From assembly GCA_030141605.1 (NCBI GenBank), contig JAQGDQ010000300.1, positions 124,001 to 188,000 on the forward strand: DNA of 64,000 nucleotides. The letters run 5' to 3'. Positions 25,257 through 37,800 of the stretch are shown here, piece after piece; the first letter of the stretch is position 1; every line of letters starts with the position of its first letter. The DNA is from Tubiluchus corallicola. Lineage: Eukaryota; Animalia; Priapulida. The notes beneath the pieces were generated by a model that saw only the letters and a program-made list of their open reading frames with translations, searched no databases and was not told the origin of the DNA. The position numbers and the translations under genes are program-made.

Positions 25257-25954
25257 ACTGCCGTTTCACTGCTTGAAAGCCTTGGTATATGATGCCTGTG
25301 CGCATAACATATTGCAGCAGTTAGAGAACACTCTACTAGACTGCTAGCCTAGCAGAAAGAAAAAACAAAACTATGTCAAGTCTACACGCTGGTGGAAGTT
25401 ACATGGTCTCACGCTTGGGGTTTTCCTGTGTTATTACAACTATCTATTATGCACAAGTAGGCTTTTTCTTAGCAAACTGCGGTGTCTCTGCTAAGCGAAA
25501 ATGAAAGTGTTTGCACTTAATTATTACAAGCATGAAAGAATCTGCAGTGCTTTCTTCTTGCAAACACACTGACAAAAATGTACGAAACTATTCGCATAAT
25601 CGGTTTTTATAGAAATAACAAGGTGGCATGACTTCTAAGCAAGTTTAATAATGTTAAAAGTATCCCAGGAAAAAAATGCAGTTTAACTTGATTTTCATTT
25701 ATGTACATTTTCTTATTTCTTCACATTATGACTTTTTATTGCACTGAAGCTCATAATTTAACAGCTAATCTCGTAAAATATATAAACACGAATATAAACA
25801 GCATGACTGAATCAACATCGTTACAGGGCGGCAGCCGACTGTTGTTATTTCACTACAGTACTTTTAACTTTGTTACCCTGAATTTTATTATTGAAAAACC
25901 TGCTGTCAAGTAAAATACACGAAAAAACTTTTCAATATTATATCGAATAACATA

Positions 25955-26039
25955 CAGCAAGTCCTCGCTTAACGACTCCCCGCAAAGCGCCGTTTCGTTT
26001 TGCTGAAACGCATTAGCGTCGTTAAGCGAAAACTTACTA
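25955..26039. mobile_element. Miniature pogo/Tigger-like MITE (85 bp)
   Basis: TA|CAGCAAGTCCTCGCTTAACGAC ... GTCGTTAAGCGAAAACTTACTA|TA: 22-bp TIRs with 4 mismatches and TA flanks. Confidence 0.65.
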
Positions 26040-27937
26040 TAGTTTTAACATAGCAAGCCAAAGCTGCTAAACAGAATGCAGAATGCAGCAGAATGAAAGA
26101 TGGTTTTGTTTGTTTTACATAGATTAATGCAAAATAAACCACTGATTTGAATTGAATTGAAATTTATTTTTTCTCCAGTTTACAAATATATATATACATA
26201 ACCACGTCCAGTCTGCAAGGATGCAACAGTTGAATAGTATACAGGTAAATAGGGCCTAATTGCTAGTAATAAGTGAAAGAGAAGATAGCGAGTCGACCAA
26301 AAGGTCATCAAGTCAGCCATCCTTTTAATATGTTAAAATTATATGATCACTGGCAGCACTAGTGAGTAATAAGGTACAGACAACAAATTAATTTAACCAG
26401 CTTGGTTTCCTAAATTAGTAGTTTCTAAGAAAACCTGAGGTAACTGACATGTAATTTTATGTATATTTGCAGTTGGGTTGATAAATGAATGTGTGATTTA
26501 ACAATATTATAATTTATTGTGTTACAGTGACAGAAAAAACACTAAGTATAACTTAAGTAATGATATGCAATCCTTAGTAATCTTCTACAAATTACTAGAA
26601 CAAAAAGAATATATAAATGACAACTATACTCTATTGTAGAAAGAACAATTAAGTGAGTAAGCAATTTATTGTCATTATAGCATAATGCATACAATGAAAT
26701 TTATGTGGTTTTACGTACTGCAATAACTTATAGAAACAGCAAGGAGATTAACACAAATAATTGTTAGTGTTGTACAGTGACGTAAAGAATTAATATTGGA
26801 GATTTACTGAAATTTACTGTTGATGGTGCGAATTGTTCTATTCATTAATTAATTAATCACTAATTGGTCGTATCCCACATGATCACTTAATATTACTATG
26901 CTATGTCTAAGTACTAAATCACCAGTAAGGATATACTTAAATTTATTATGTGCTTCAAAAAATACTTTGTATTCGAAGATCAGGGAAAGATCACTAGAAT
27001 TAAATTTATTAAAGAAAAAGTTTATCTATATGTAATTATTAATAAAGTATTATTACGGCATTGAAAGTTTACTTACGTTATGGTCGCCGTTTAGTCTACT
27101 CAATTTTTCTTAGCCTTTGCAATGAATTTCTTGACTTCATTTATAAGCAGCCCCCAAATAAGCTACTTTGTCGAAACAACTATTTGAATATATAACAAGT
27201 ACAATTTCCCACTTAGTAATGTTGTCTATTTGTTGGTAACAGTTTAATTTATGTATCAAGTAATTATAAAGATATAAACTCCGCGGACGCGTTCAGAACA
27301 TTAAAAAGACGTTTTAAAATTTCATTAGAAAAGCGTTCCGAAAAATTAATTTTATTTTCGCGTCAGGCTCCAGCTATACCTACTCGAGATTATGACACCC
27401 CTACAAATTCACTGGCTTTAGTGATTAGACGTATAACTTAGACGTTTGCTTCAAAACTCTCATCAATGGGCCTATTCTCTGTGATCACTTTTACAACGTA
27501 GACACCTCACAATAATAGGGTTCTTCACGACTTCCCTGTCCTGGTTCCGCCCCGATTGTGTCATTGCTTACCGCATCACTGATTTGATATCACTTTCAAC
27601 ATTTACGGAGGGAACATTTGATTATTCATTTTAACATTAAATATTTTATTAAAACTCTCCGTGCAATAACTTCCCGATTAATATCAGACATTGACCTTGA
27701 ATGACCGCATGTTTAACTTTCTCTTACAAGTTCCGCCTACGTGCGTAAAGTGTTGATTTAGGGGCGACTACACAACTTTGCTCAACTCCCACGAAAAAGA
27801 GGAAACACAATAATTCACTGCTAATCAGTTGTAACGCGAGAAGAACATGGAAAATCCGAGAGGTAAAAGCTTTACAGCTTTATGTAACTTATTACATGTC
27901 ATTACGGTTTATACAGAGTGTGACTCGAACAAGCTAA

Positions 27938-27941
<4 letters not shown>

Positions 27942-28011
<70 letters not shown>
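27942..28011. repeat. (CA)35 microsatellite
   Basis: Uninterrupted CA run about 700 bp upstream of the sHSP ATG. Confidence 0.97.
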
Positions 28012-28013
<2 letters not shown>

Positions 28014-28577
28014 GCTATTATAGGTCTACTATGCAGGGAGATTACGGATTAGAGCTTGGAACGCAGCAGCTCCAAAAGTCACAAGCAACGACTGAAAATT
28101 TACATGCGTTATTTATTTTGGCTATTTAAGGCTACTGTGCTACGGTGTGCTTCTGTGGAATAATGAATCCTTCTCGCATCCGTAGATTATTTATTTGTTT
28201 ATAATATATTTATAACACACCCATGGCAGAAGTCAAGGGACTTATGTGTCCCTTAAAAACAGCATAAAAACGCCGAAGTTTAGAATATAAAAATACAATT
28301 GAAAATACAAAATACGTGTACTTAATCTGAACACATAAATACGCATCTATTACATTAAAAATCATTATATGTTACGTTACGTATTATTACATCAAAAATC
28401 ATCACAGTCAATCACACATCACAGATCATTAAAACACAGAAACACTAAATTTAAATTAATCTTATTTTGAAAGATGGCGCATGGATGCTAGGCCAGGAAC
28501 TGTTCACTGTTATGCATCATCGTCAGTCAGGCGTCGGCTGGCTTCCTGCGAAGGCGTATATGATACATGGCTGTGAG

Positions 28578-28655
28578 ATTCCTCGAGGTTCTAGAGCTAT
28601 CTAGTGACCTTGTGCGCTGCTTATAAACTGATGGAATTAGAGCTGCGCTCACTTT
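28578..28655 (+). promoter_or_regulatory. Core promoter of the sHSP gene: TATA box, initiator and degenerate heat-shock element
   Basis: TATAAA at 28622-28627. Inr-like TCACTTT has its A at 28651, 29 nt after the TATA start. Upstream aTTCc-tCGAg-gTTCt-aGAGc (28578-28597) has two TTC units at HSE 10-bp spacing but imperfect GAA units. Confidence 0.6.
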
Positions 28656-28738
28656 AGAAGCTCTGTGCTTAACGTTTGCTCTGTGCAAGTCGTGGCAGAC
28701 ATTTCTCTCTGTGTTAAATCTCTCGACATTTTACAGCC

Positions 28739-29278
28739 ATGTCTATGGTACCACACGAAGACAGATCCAGACAGTTGGAGCCGTGGAGAAACTGGCCCAC
28801 ACATCAGTTTCAAGACTTTGAACGCGAAGTGGAGCGGCTGCGTAGAGAGATGGCTGAACGGGACCGAGAGTTCTGGGAACAGCGCCGCTTCCCAGAGAAA
28901 TTCGGACGCCCGGGATGGCAGGTGTCCCCTTTCGTAGGCATGCAAGGACCCAAGGACGGAGTGTCAACTCGCGACGTCGTGGGCAGAGATGGACGCAACT
29001 CGCTTCAGATGAATTTTGATGTACGGGATTACCGACCGGAAGAGATACAAGTAACAGCTGACGGGAACAGCATCCGGGTACATGCAAAGCACGATGAATC
29101 GACAGGAGCCGGACAGACCTACCGGGAATTTACCCGACAGTTCACTCTCCCTAATAACGTAGATCTCAGTGGAATTTCGTCGCATCTGACGTATGATGGT
29201 GTTCTAGCAGTGGAGGCACCTTATATAGCCAACCAGTTACAGCACGGACCTACAGTCATTCCAATCAAATACAAGTAA
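28739..29278 (+). CDS. Small heat-shock protein (alpha-crystallin/HSP20 family), 179 aa, intronless
   Basis: Alpha-crystallin domain FDVRDYRPEEIQV...VHAKHDE...REFTRQFTLP...ISSHLTYDGVLAVEAP and C-terminal IXI motif (VIPI). GC content is higher than the flanks, and a TATA/Inr lies upstream. Confidence 0.95.
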   Translation: MSMVPHEDRSRQLEPWRNWPTHQFQDFEREVERLRREMAERDREFWEQRRFPEKFGRPGWQVSPFVGMQGPKDGVSTRDVVGRDGRNSLQMNFDVRDYRPEEIQVTADGNSIRVHAKHDESTGAGQTYREFTRQFTLPNNVDLSGISSHLTYDGVLAVEAPYIANQLQHGPTVIPIKYK

Positions 29279-30580
29279 ATCAGAGGCGCATGCTGGAATG
29301 TAACTGTTAATTATTCATCTCGGTTGTTGAAAAACGTTTACTCTTCTCAAAACAATCTTATTTATATAAAGTATGTAACGGGTGTTAACTGAATCTATTG
29401 CATCCCATTTTTCAAATGTGCAAGATGGAAGTTTTGACTACTTGGATTTTGATGTTACTTTGAATGTAAGACGCCAAAATCAAGTTACGATTGTTTTTTA
29501 CATTTGCGCAGTTTTACGCGTCTATATTCGCATAACTAATTATTGTGTACATTACTAGAGTTGAAAGTGTGTTCGTCGTCATGAAAATATCGTGGTTGTT
29601 TTTGATATTGAAAATAATACTAGCGAACTAGTCCGGTTAAAGAGCAATGATTTTTAGTGTAGCAGTGGATTTTAGCTATAAACGTTTTACAAAAGGAAAG
29701 TGGATAGTAGATTATTTTAACAATTGTCAATGTCCAGCCAAGCTTATTTTTTCAAAATATAAACATCTACCTGCTGACTAAACTATTCTAGACATCGACT
29801 CTTGCTTGCTGTTATTACTTAGATATATTAGCAACGTTGTTAACATATTGCATAATAGCATATGTTTTTATTGCATAATATACTAGTTGTATAAATGTAA
29901 ACATAAATTATGCCTTTAGACGATGTTATTAATTCAATTGTGTTTACAACAAGTCTTTACATAGATGTTTGGTGGTTTCAGGCCTTCCCGTGGAGACCTT
30001 TAAGAACCAGTAAATGACCCGGCTTCAATTACACTTACATTTACCGGGTATAGAGTTACAACAACACTATAATTACTCTCATGTACTCCATAATTACTTA
30101 ATAACACAAACTGAGCGCTGAATTCTAATGCTGATTACTATCGTGTTCCTACAGATGGTTGCTTATAAATCTTACGCTCTTGATATTCGGTCTATTTAAC
30201 GCAATGAATCCCCAAGTTCTGATGGGATGAAATCTATAAATTACACAGAACTTGACTGAGCACTGACGTCCCACGTTTGCTGCGCTCCCAGACGAGTTGC
30301 AGTTAATTTTAGAATTAGTCGCATGTGCCGTGAAGCTAGCAAAATAACACAGAATTTTAACTTTACAATGTCACTTTTAAAGCACAGTGGCGTGTTTTAC
30401 AGTTTTACTTTAATTTTTTCACCCTGGCGAATAATAATATTGTTTTTTGAATTGCGTTTGATTTGTCAACAAAGTTACGTCATACATGACATGTCGACTA
30501 CCTGATACTTTCCACAGCTAACGACAATCCATACAATCCATCCTATGATGCAGCGTCCAAGCTACTACATAATTATTGTA

Positions 30581-31013
30581 CAGGGTGTTTCAAAAGAAGT
30601 GCAACAGAATTATGCTGATACGCTTATGTTTTATAATGGACAGAAATCAAGTTATACAGTAAGCGGAGAACTTTATGCAAATATAATATTATTTTACGTC
30701 ATTATGACGTCATAATGCAGAATCCAGGATCATTCTGGAAAAAATAACAAGTGCATCCAGCCTGATGAACTTAGGTTGGGTTTTCTGTAACGTCAGAACA
30801 TACAGCGTCTATTCCATTTGTCTGCAAGTTAAAGCAAAACCGGACCAAATCTTAAACTGTACGTCAAAACAATTTACTCTTTAAAATATTGAAAGAAAAC
30901 ATCCGATTTTTCAAATGTGACTTACGTGACTTACGCTAGTTCCTCGCTGTTAGATGCATTTCGCCATTCGCTAGTTAGACGGGCACTAGCACCTGCATTT
31001 TGGAAACACATTG
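30581..31013. mobile_element. Degenerate Tc1/mariner-like MITE
   Basis: Left end TA|CAGGGTGTTTCAAAA and degenerate right end TTTTGGAAACACATTG. Contains the 18-bp palindrome CATTATGACGTCATAATG (30700-30717). Confidence 0.45.
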
Positions 31014-31094
31014 CAAAAAACAGGTGCTGTACCTCTCGGTACAGATGTGCTAGTTTGTGACAAACTACACACGTTCGACAGCTCACACAAATGT

Positions 31095-31270
31095 AAAACA
31101 CTTAATCCCAACAAAAGTTCAGGCTGTGACAGCTTATCACCTAAGATTATTTCAGATATTATTCCTTATATTGCAATTCCCATGTGCCACATTATCAGTT
31201 TATCCATTCAGTCTTGGCGAGGTACCTGATAAAATGAAGGAATCTGTGGTTATACCCTGGTATAAAAGTT
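31095..31270 (+). mobile_element. Frameshifted fragment of a non-LTR retrotransposon ORF2 (CR1/L2-like, region at the start of the RT domain)
   Basis: Joining two frames gives LNPNKSSGCDSLSPKII...IAIPMCHIISLS / LGEVPDKMKESVVIPWYKS, the characteristic K-S-x-G-x-D...P..HI.N.S...G.VP...K...VIP..K pattern. Confidence 0.75.
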
Positions 31271-31850
31271 TTCTACACATCATTGATCCCACATTTCTAC
31301 CCGCATTGTTTCTTCTGGGACACTACGACCCAATTGTGACGCAAAGATGTTAATGGAACAGAAATTGAAACAAATTAATGTCACAAGATTTGCGTAACGT
31401 TTTTGTACTATAATTACTCGAGCTGCGGATAAGTAAGACTAGCGAGACTAATTTTTATATATAAACTTATTAGTTCTAATCAATAATCACTTAAATCGTG
31501 CAATTAAATAATTATAAATTTAATTTACTAATTTATTATTCGGCACTTTGTAAGACACGATCATATTTCCTATATTTTCAAAAACGTATTTACAAGAGAG
31601 ACATACAACAAACAGGCAAATAAAATAAGCTAGAAGCACCAATTGAAACCGAGGAATTTAAACATTCGGTAGCAAGTCAATGATTAAAAGAAGCAATAAT
31701 AAAGCAAAGTACTATTAAAACGGAATGTACATTCCACGTTCGACAGGAGAGAACGAATCCTCAAATAGTTTGTCGCACTATAATAGTTTGTGGTGTGCAC
31801 ACAATGGCTTCAAATACACAACAGCTCATAACAATTACATTACATTGCCA

Positions 31851-33014
31851 TTAGTTCTGAGATATACATTCTTCCCACCAGTCGCCTAAATCCCACCACA
31901 CTTTCCTAGGTTCCTGCCTATTGTGCAATTTCGTGCAGAGTTTACACCAAGCCCTCTTCTTTGGGACGGAAAAAACACGGTATCCAAATCTGATATTAAA
32001 GTACTGCAAGTACAATGTACTGTTTTTTGCCACTTTTTTCAAGTACCCGGCAAGGCTCTTGGCAGAAGAAAAATCATCGACGTGTATATATGAACCTGGT
32101 ATGGCCAATTCACGATAGGCATCACGCGAGGCGCCCCGGACTACTTGCACCGCCCCTGACTTACTCAGACGAGCGTCAACCCTAGACCAATACTTTTCTG
32201 TAATATAATCTGGACACTGACTGTTTTCAAATGCTAAAACAAACAGGTATCTTGAAATCAAACTTTGCAAGCACGTATAGTTGCCATCACAGACGCGACC
32301 CTTTCCACAATGACCAAAAATATCAACACCAATGTAACGATTCAATTCTTTCATGAAAGCCAACCGATCTTTGTTACAGTTGCTCACAAAAGCCACGGCC
32401 ATTTTGTTCTTACTTTTCACCAAATTTTTGTCAGCTCGGTACGTTGAATTCCTTTTAAACGCCGCTCCATATGGTACGACAAAATCCGAGTCCCGTCTGT
32501 ATGTCATTGTCCAATTGAAATATCCGTTGTATTCACTCGCATTGAATCTTTCTCTAGCTGTGGTGCGAATTGGTGGCTCTTGTGAATAAAACACGTATCT
32601 CTGATTCGGAATCCGATGTCTCGGATCCGGTAATGGACAGTTCTTCATCATGAACGGAAAAAAGACAACAGCGTCAACTTTTCCGACCAGCGTTTGATTG
32701 AAAACAGGATAACACGACACTCCATCGCCACATTTTGATAACGTATTAGCGTTGGGCCATCCTGAACGTCCGTAATAAGTGTTCCAGAATAAAATGGACT
32801 TTTGAGCGGTTCTGTTGCCGCCGCTAGCAAATAAGGCTTTGTGGTAATAAAAATCCTTCTGCACTTCGCTCGATGGTACTACTATATAGTGAACTGGAAT
32901 GAACAATATTAAAAAACAAGTAATAAAAATCAAGCTCACGAACGTACATTTCAGCAACCTTCCCTTTTTGGTGTCTGGGCTTACACTTTGAATAGTCTGT
33001 GTCGATATATACAT
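31851..33014 (-). CDS. Alpha-1,3-fucosyltransferase (CAZy GT10), type II Golgi membrane protein, 387 aa, single coding exon
   Basis: Short cytoplasmic tail and TM segment (FVSLIFITCFLILFIPVHYIVV). GT10 motifs QRYVFYSQEPP, FNWTMTYRRDSDF, AFVSNC, VDIFGHCG, YLFVLAFENSQCPDYITEKYW, SYIHVDDFSSAKSLAGYL, WCKLCTKLH. ATG lies in a gccATG context. Confidence 0.95.
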   Translation of the reverse strand: MYISTQTIQSVSPDTKKGRLLKCTFVSLIFITCFLILFIPVHYIVVPSSEVQKDFYYHKALFASGGNRTAQKSILFWNTYYGRSGWPNANTLSKCGDGVSCYPVFNQTLVGKVDAVVFFPFMMKNCPLPDPRHRIPNQRYVFYSQEPPIRTTARERFNASEYNGYFNWTMTYRRDSDFVVPYGAAFKRNSTYRADKNLVKSKNKMAVAFVSNCNKDRLAFMKELNRYIGVDIFGHCGKGRVCDGNYTCLQSLISRYLFVLAFENSQCPDYITEKYWSRVDARLSKSGAVQVVRGASRDAYRELAIPGSYIHVDDFSSAKSLAGYLKKVAKNSTLYLQYFNIRFGYRVFSVPKKRAWCKLCTKLHNRQEPRKVWWDLGDWWEECISQN

Positions 33015-33840
33015 GGCATATTAAGCTCTTCAAAGACTAGAACACAGTAATGTATGAAATTATCACGAAATGCGGAATAATTTGTTGCAGAAGAACAAGC
33101 AAGCGTGAAGCAGCTGAAATACAGTACACAACTAGTATTACTGAGAACACTAAGTCTTTCTAGAAAATTTGCCAAGTATTGCCTGTACACATATGGCAAA
33201 CAAAGCCAAAAGTACACGCTGAGTGATATGAATCCGGTCCACAACCCAAATGCAGCTATTAGCCACTGCAGGAGGCCGCAGGGTATAATGATACCAACTT
33301 CATTGGTTTCCGCTCCTTGCCACTTGCCACTTTGACAGACTACCGACAATAAAAATAGAAAATGTCATTGAATTAAAAATGGTATTGTTATGTATCTTTC
33401 GGTGCTTGGAAAATTTCAGTAGGTTATAAACATCATTTGGGCAAAATCACTATAATCCTCGGTGTTTGCCAAAGACAGAGCAATTACCACACGGATTAAT
33501 TCAGGCTATATAGTGCTGCTGTACTAATTTTCTTGCTTCCTGCAAGTTTAAAGTCTTCTTTACTTTCAACTTTATCGCTTCTTAGTTTTAAACCTGGATT
33601 ACCTTCACAAAACGACGGTAGTTTATTAAAATTTCAACTTAATTGTTGAGTTTTTTTCACTTATCCATATGCCTCCTCTTCTTGTTTCGTGGATTCGCCA
33701 ATTATGATCTTTGGACCTCCTGTTGACTCTTACCTCGATCAGTTTATTTACTTTAACTTTACTTTAGCAAGTTAGATCAGTATTAACACGTACTAGGACC
33801 TATAGCTGTGGCCAGCTGAACTTGATGACAGAATAAGTAG

Positions 33841-34338
33841 CAAGCACCAGGTAGCAGTACTGTATCAAACACCAGGTAGCAGCACTGTAGCAAACACCAG
33901 GTAGCAGCACTGTAGCAAACACCAGGTAGCAGCACTGTATCAAACACCAGGTAGCAGTACTGTATCAAACACCAGGTAGCAGCACTGTAGCAAGCACCAG
34001 GTAGCAGTACTGTATCAAACACCAGGTAGCAGCACTGTAGCAAGCACCAGGTAGCAGTACTGTATCAAACACCAGGTAGCAGCACTGTAGCAAACACCAG
34101 GTAGCAGTACTGTATCAAACACCAGGTAGCAGCACTGTAGCAAACACCAGGTAGCAGTACTGTATCAAACACCAGGTAGCAGCACTGTAGCAAACACCAG
34201 GTAGCAGCACTGTAGCAAACACCAGGTAGCAGCACTGTATCAAACACCAGGTAGCAGCACTGTATCAAACACCAGGTAGCAGCACTGTAGCAAACACCAG
34301 GTAGCAGCACTGTAGCAAACACCAGGTAGCACCACTGA
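33841..34338. repeat. 25-bp minisatellite, 19 full units plus a partial unit
   Basis: Unit CAA(A/G)CACCAGGTAGCAG(C/T)ACTGTA(G/T), contiguous with no spacers. Confidence 0.97.
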
Positions 34339-34624
34339 CTACCAACAATATCGGTAGCAAAATTGGCTTCCCCGCAGAAGATAGACATAGAAGGTACAAA
34401 CCCATTTTAATTAGAATTTGATAAGCAAACTTGACAGACTGGAAATGTGAAAGGATAGACTACAGCTTGGATTTGAACCAGGAATCTCTGCTGACTCCTT
34501 TTGAGGCGCCTCACTCATACTCGAGTGATTCCAACGAAGTAGATTATTATTTGTGTGAGTCTAGTCTAGAAACGTAGAAAATCACCATTAACCGCTCTAA
34601 AAAGGTTAACCATAATAATTAATG

Positions 34625-34897
34625 TAGGCAAAAATGAAATGGTAAAAATGGCACAAGTGGAAATGTAGGAAAAAATACAACGGTAAAAATTACACAAGAA
34701 AAGTGGCACCAATGGAAAAGTGGGAAAAAATGGCACGTGTTATTTTGATGAAATGGTAAAAATAACTAAAATAATTATCCCCCACATTAACCTTAACTCT
34801 AAACTCATAATTTATAAGTGTGCAGTTTTTCCTATTCTTTCATTTGTGCCATTTTTACCAGTGCCATTTTCACCCGTGCCATTTTTACCCGTGCACC
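34625..34897. repeat. Foldback-like element built from GGTAAAAATGGCAC-type modules in inverted arrangement
   Basis: Left arm has GGTAAAAATGGCAC/GAAAAAATGGCAC variants. Right arm has GTGCCATTTTTACC, GTGCCATTTTCACC and GTGCCATTTTTACC. A central TAACCT-like tract lies at about 34787-34805. Confidence 0.55.
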
Positions 34898-37800
34898 ATA
34901 ACAGCAACCTCGCGCCTGATTTCACATTAAACGTGAAACTTGCACAAAAGATTAGATAGCACAGTGAATTTTTTAAGAATGGCAAACATTGCAAGACAAA
35001 CGTATGCCGATCATGACGCGTTTTAATATAACAAAATTTGACGACAATTACCAAAGGATTGGTAATTATGCTGCCTCTAGTTGACTCTCAGAAGCTGGAA
35101 TATTTATTTTGCATAGACCAGCGCACGTTATTTATACAAACTGCAAGATTTTTTTTAAATTGAAGAACAGAAACAACGTCACTAGACTGAAAACCGCATT
35201 TAACCGAGAAAAAACGACGGAAAGCGAAATTCTGATTTGTGAAAAAGCAAAATAAGTACATACTTAGGGTCTCAAGGAAAGAAGGGACCTACAGTTTTTC
35301 AGTTAACCCGAAAGTATAATATACCAGAATACGTGTGGTGATTTTTGTGTTTGAATAAAATATAAAAAGGAACCAACATCGATTTCTGTAAAAAAAAAAC
35401 TGTTAAGTAAATGTTTCCATTTTTGTATTTGCATTTGTATTTGTGTTTGCTCATTATAATGCTATGCTGATCTATTGTAATAAACTTCTCTATGTTAATT
35501 TCGCATGTAGATATACTGAATGGCTGTCCGTTTATAAGAGTTACAGCCCCTCTGTATTTTTAATCTGTCGATTTTTATGCAATGTAAAGCTGATGCCCTA
35601 GCATTAAGTTTTTACCGTAGATAATCCTTATAATTTTTTTCAATAGTTTAGTATTGTTTTTATTCTGAACTACATAGATGTAGGGGTACCATAATCTTTC
35701 CGTGCTTAGGATCTCTCGAGGTCTTAATCCGACCCAGTGACGGTGTTAAAGGCAGTGTAAATGGTTTTCGTTGCCAGATGGCAGCACCATGCGACATCCA
35801 GCACAATGGCCTTAAACACGCACACCAGTCGAGCGTATTTATAACCAGGACTCTACAATAATTATACAGCTTACACAAAAGCTTTTCTATGCGGCGAAAC
35901 GATGTTTTTGGTACTGTAAATACTGCAAAACACTTATCAACACTTGCAACAGACCGAATTGCGAATTTCGTACGCTTGTGCGACGAGTGTACATACTTCA
36001 TCAAGATGAAATAGAGTAATTTCGTCACATAGTTATTTAATTTACTTCTTGTTATTCAATAGTGTAATTATATAAACTACTTGTTTATTCCTGAGGAGGA
36101 ATTTATTCCGGTTTATTCAGGAGTAGCAACTCAATCTTATACTGAGGCGTTTCCGTCAAAATTTCATATGTTCTGTTGTGGTTGTGAGCTTGCTGCTGGT
36201 AAAATAATAAATTCCAAGTATTTTGCTCATACATCCAGCAGATGGAGCCAAACGAAATGTTTGCAATACAAAAATAGCTCAACGTTGCAATAAGGCTAAA
36301 AATTACCTTGCTTTACTAAAAATGAAACAGTGGTATAGCCGTTGTTTTTTTTTACGAAGGAGCAGAATTAATTAATCTACTAATGTAATAAGCTATACAA
36401 TATTTGTACGATTTTATTGGATGTTTGTAAATTATTTGATTGTGTCCTTACATGTATTCATTTCTCTTTATTATAAATTAAATAAACCACCAATCTAGCT
36501 AACCAACTTTTTACAGTTTTGCGGTATGTTAATTATTTGCAAAACTGTACCGATACACACTATTTGATAGTGGCCGGAAAAAAGCAGGCTGTCTAAAATT
36601 CTTCTTCTGTTACCACATGGAATTTCGTATGTGGCAAATGAAGTCGTTTTTAAACTAGCTTCATCAGCATGTTTTGTGTAATTATAGACCGTTTTATCTA
36701 TACAATACTTTTATATTGCATGCTGTGCATAATCGTTTGATGCTTGTGCTTAAATTTTCTTGCCTTTGTCCCTAAATTTTGTTTCAGTCTTGTTGTTCAG
36801 TATAGTTCTTAATTTAATAGCTCTTAGTGCCAGTAGGTTTAGAAATACTACCTGACATTTATTGTGATTAAATATGTACATTTGCCTTCACTAAATCATT
36901 TTTATGTGTTATCACGCTATCAGTTATTATAGTTTTCTGTCATAATTTGATTATAGTTATTAGTATATTATAGTTTTTAATTTATAATGCTATTACCATC
37001 ATCAGTATTTTTCTTTTGAAAATAACTGACATGTTATCTGTGATCTTTGTATCAAACATGACATGTAAATATTTGGTAAATAAAGACGATATCTATCTAT
37101 CTTCATCACCAAACTAATCTGATAATTTCAGCGTATAGTTAAACGTGAATAGTGTATGAATTTGTAACTGCATTCGAAGACTATTTGGAATAAGGTACAA
37201 AGAACGAATAATCAGAAATAATCTCGTGTAAAAATTTCAATGACCAAATAGAAAAATTATTATGATACAAGTAGATAAATACAATAAAACACAAAACAAA
37301 CGCACAAGTTGGAGCCGCCATTATTGAACCGTGCGCAATGCACAATGAAATTGTCAAATATCTTCACATGTTTATCATCATTAAATGGCACTGCATGATT
37401 ATCATAATTATTTAGAAATACAAATGCCACAATCATTATATATATATATAGATATATATTATATTATATAGGCGCATACACATGTATGCTTTTGATAAAA
37501 ACTTTGTACAGCTATTATACACAACACTATGCAACTAATAAGTGCCTACTACCACGAGGTCTATATTATAATAATAATTATGACGGCTCGAGCTAATGGA
37601 TGCTAGATCAGTCAAAAATGCCAACAAAACAACGGACAGTGCAAGTCCATTTACACCTAGCTATGCAACAACAACATCAACAAATTATTTTATCAACCTG
37701 TACAAATCTAGAAAATTCATATCAATATTCTTCAATTTACACACTAACCTGTACGATAGAAAATAAAATATTTACTATATCATTTAAACATATTTGCAGA

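Noticed and set aside
28649-29185. Several ORFs overlapping the sHSP gene on both strands
   Set aside because: Expected shadow ORFs of a GC-richer coding exon, with no recognisable domains.
33841-34338. CRISPR-like appearance of the 25-bp repeat (and of the 30-bp repeat at 56065-56372)
   Set aside because: Units are contiguous with no unique spacers, no cas genes are present, and the context is eukaryotic intron/intergenic DNA.
33783-34388. Cys-rich repetitive ORFs (33783-34043, 34065-34388)
   Set aside because: They are translations of the minisatellite, with no domain or splice support.
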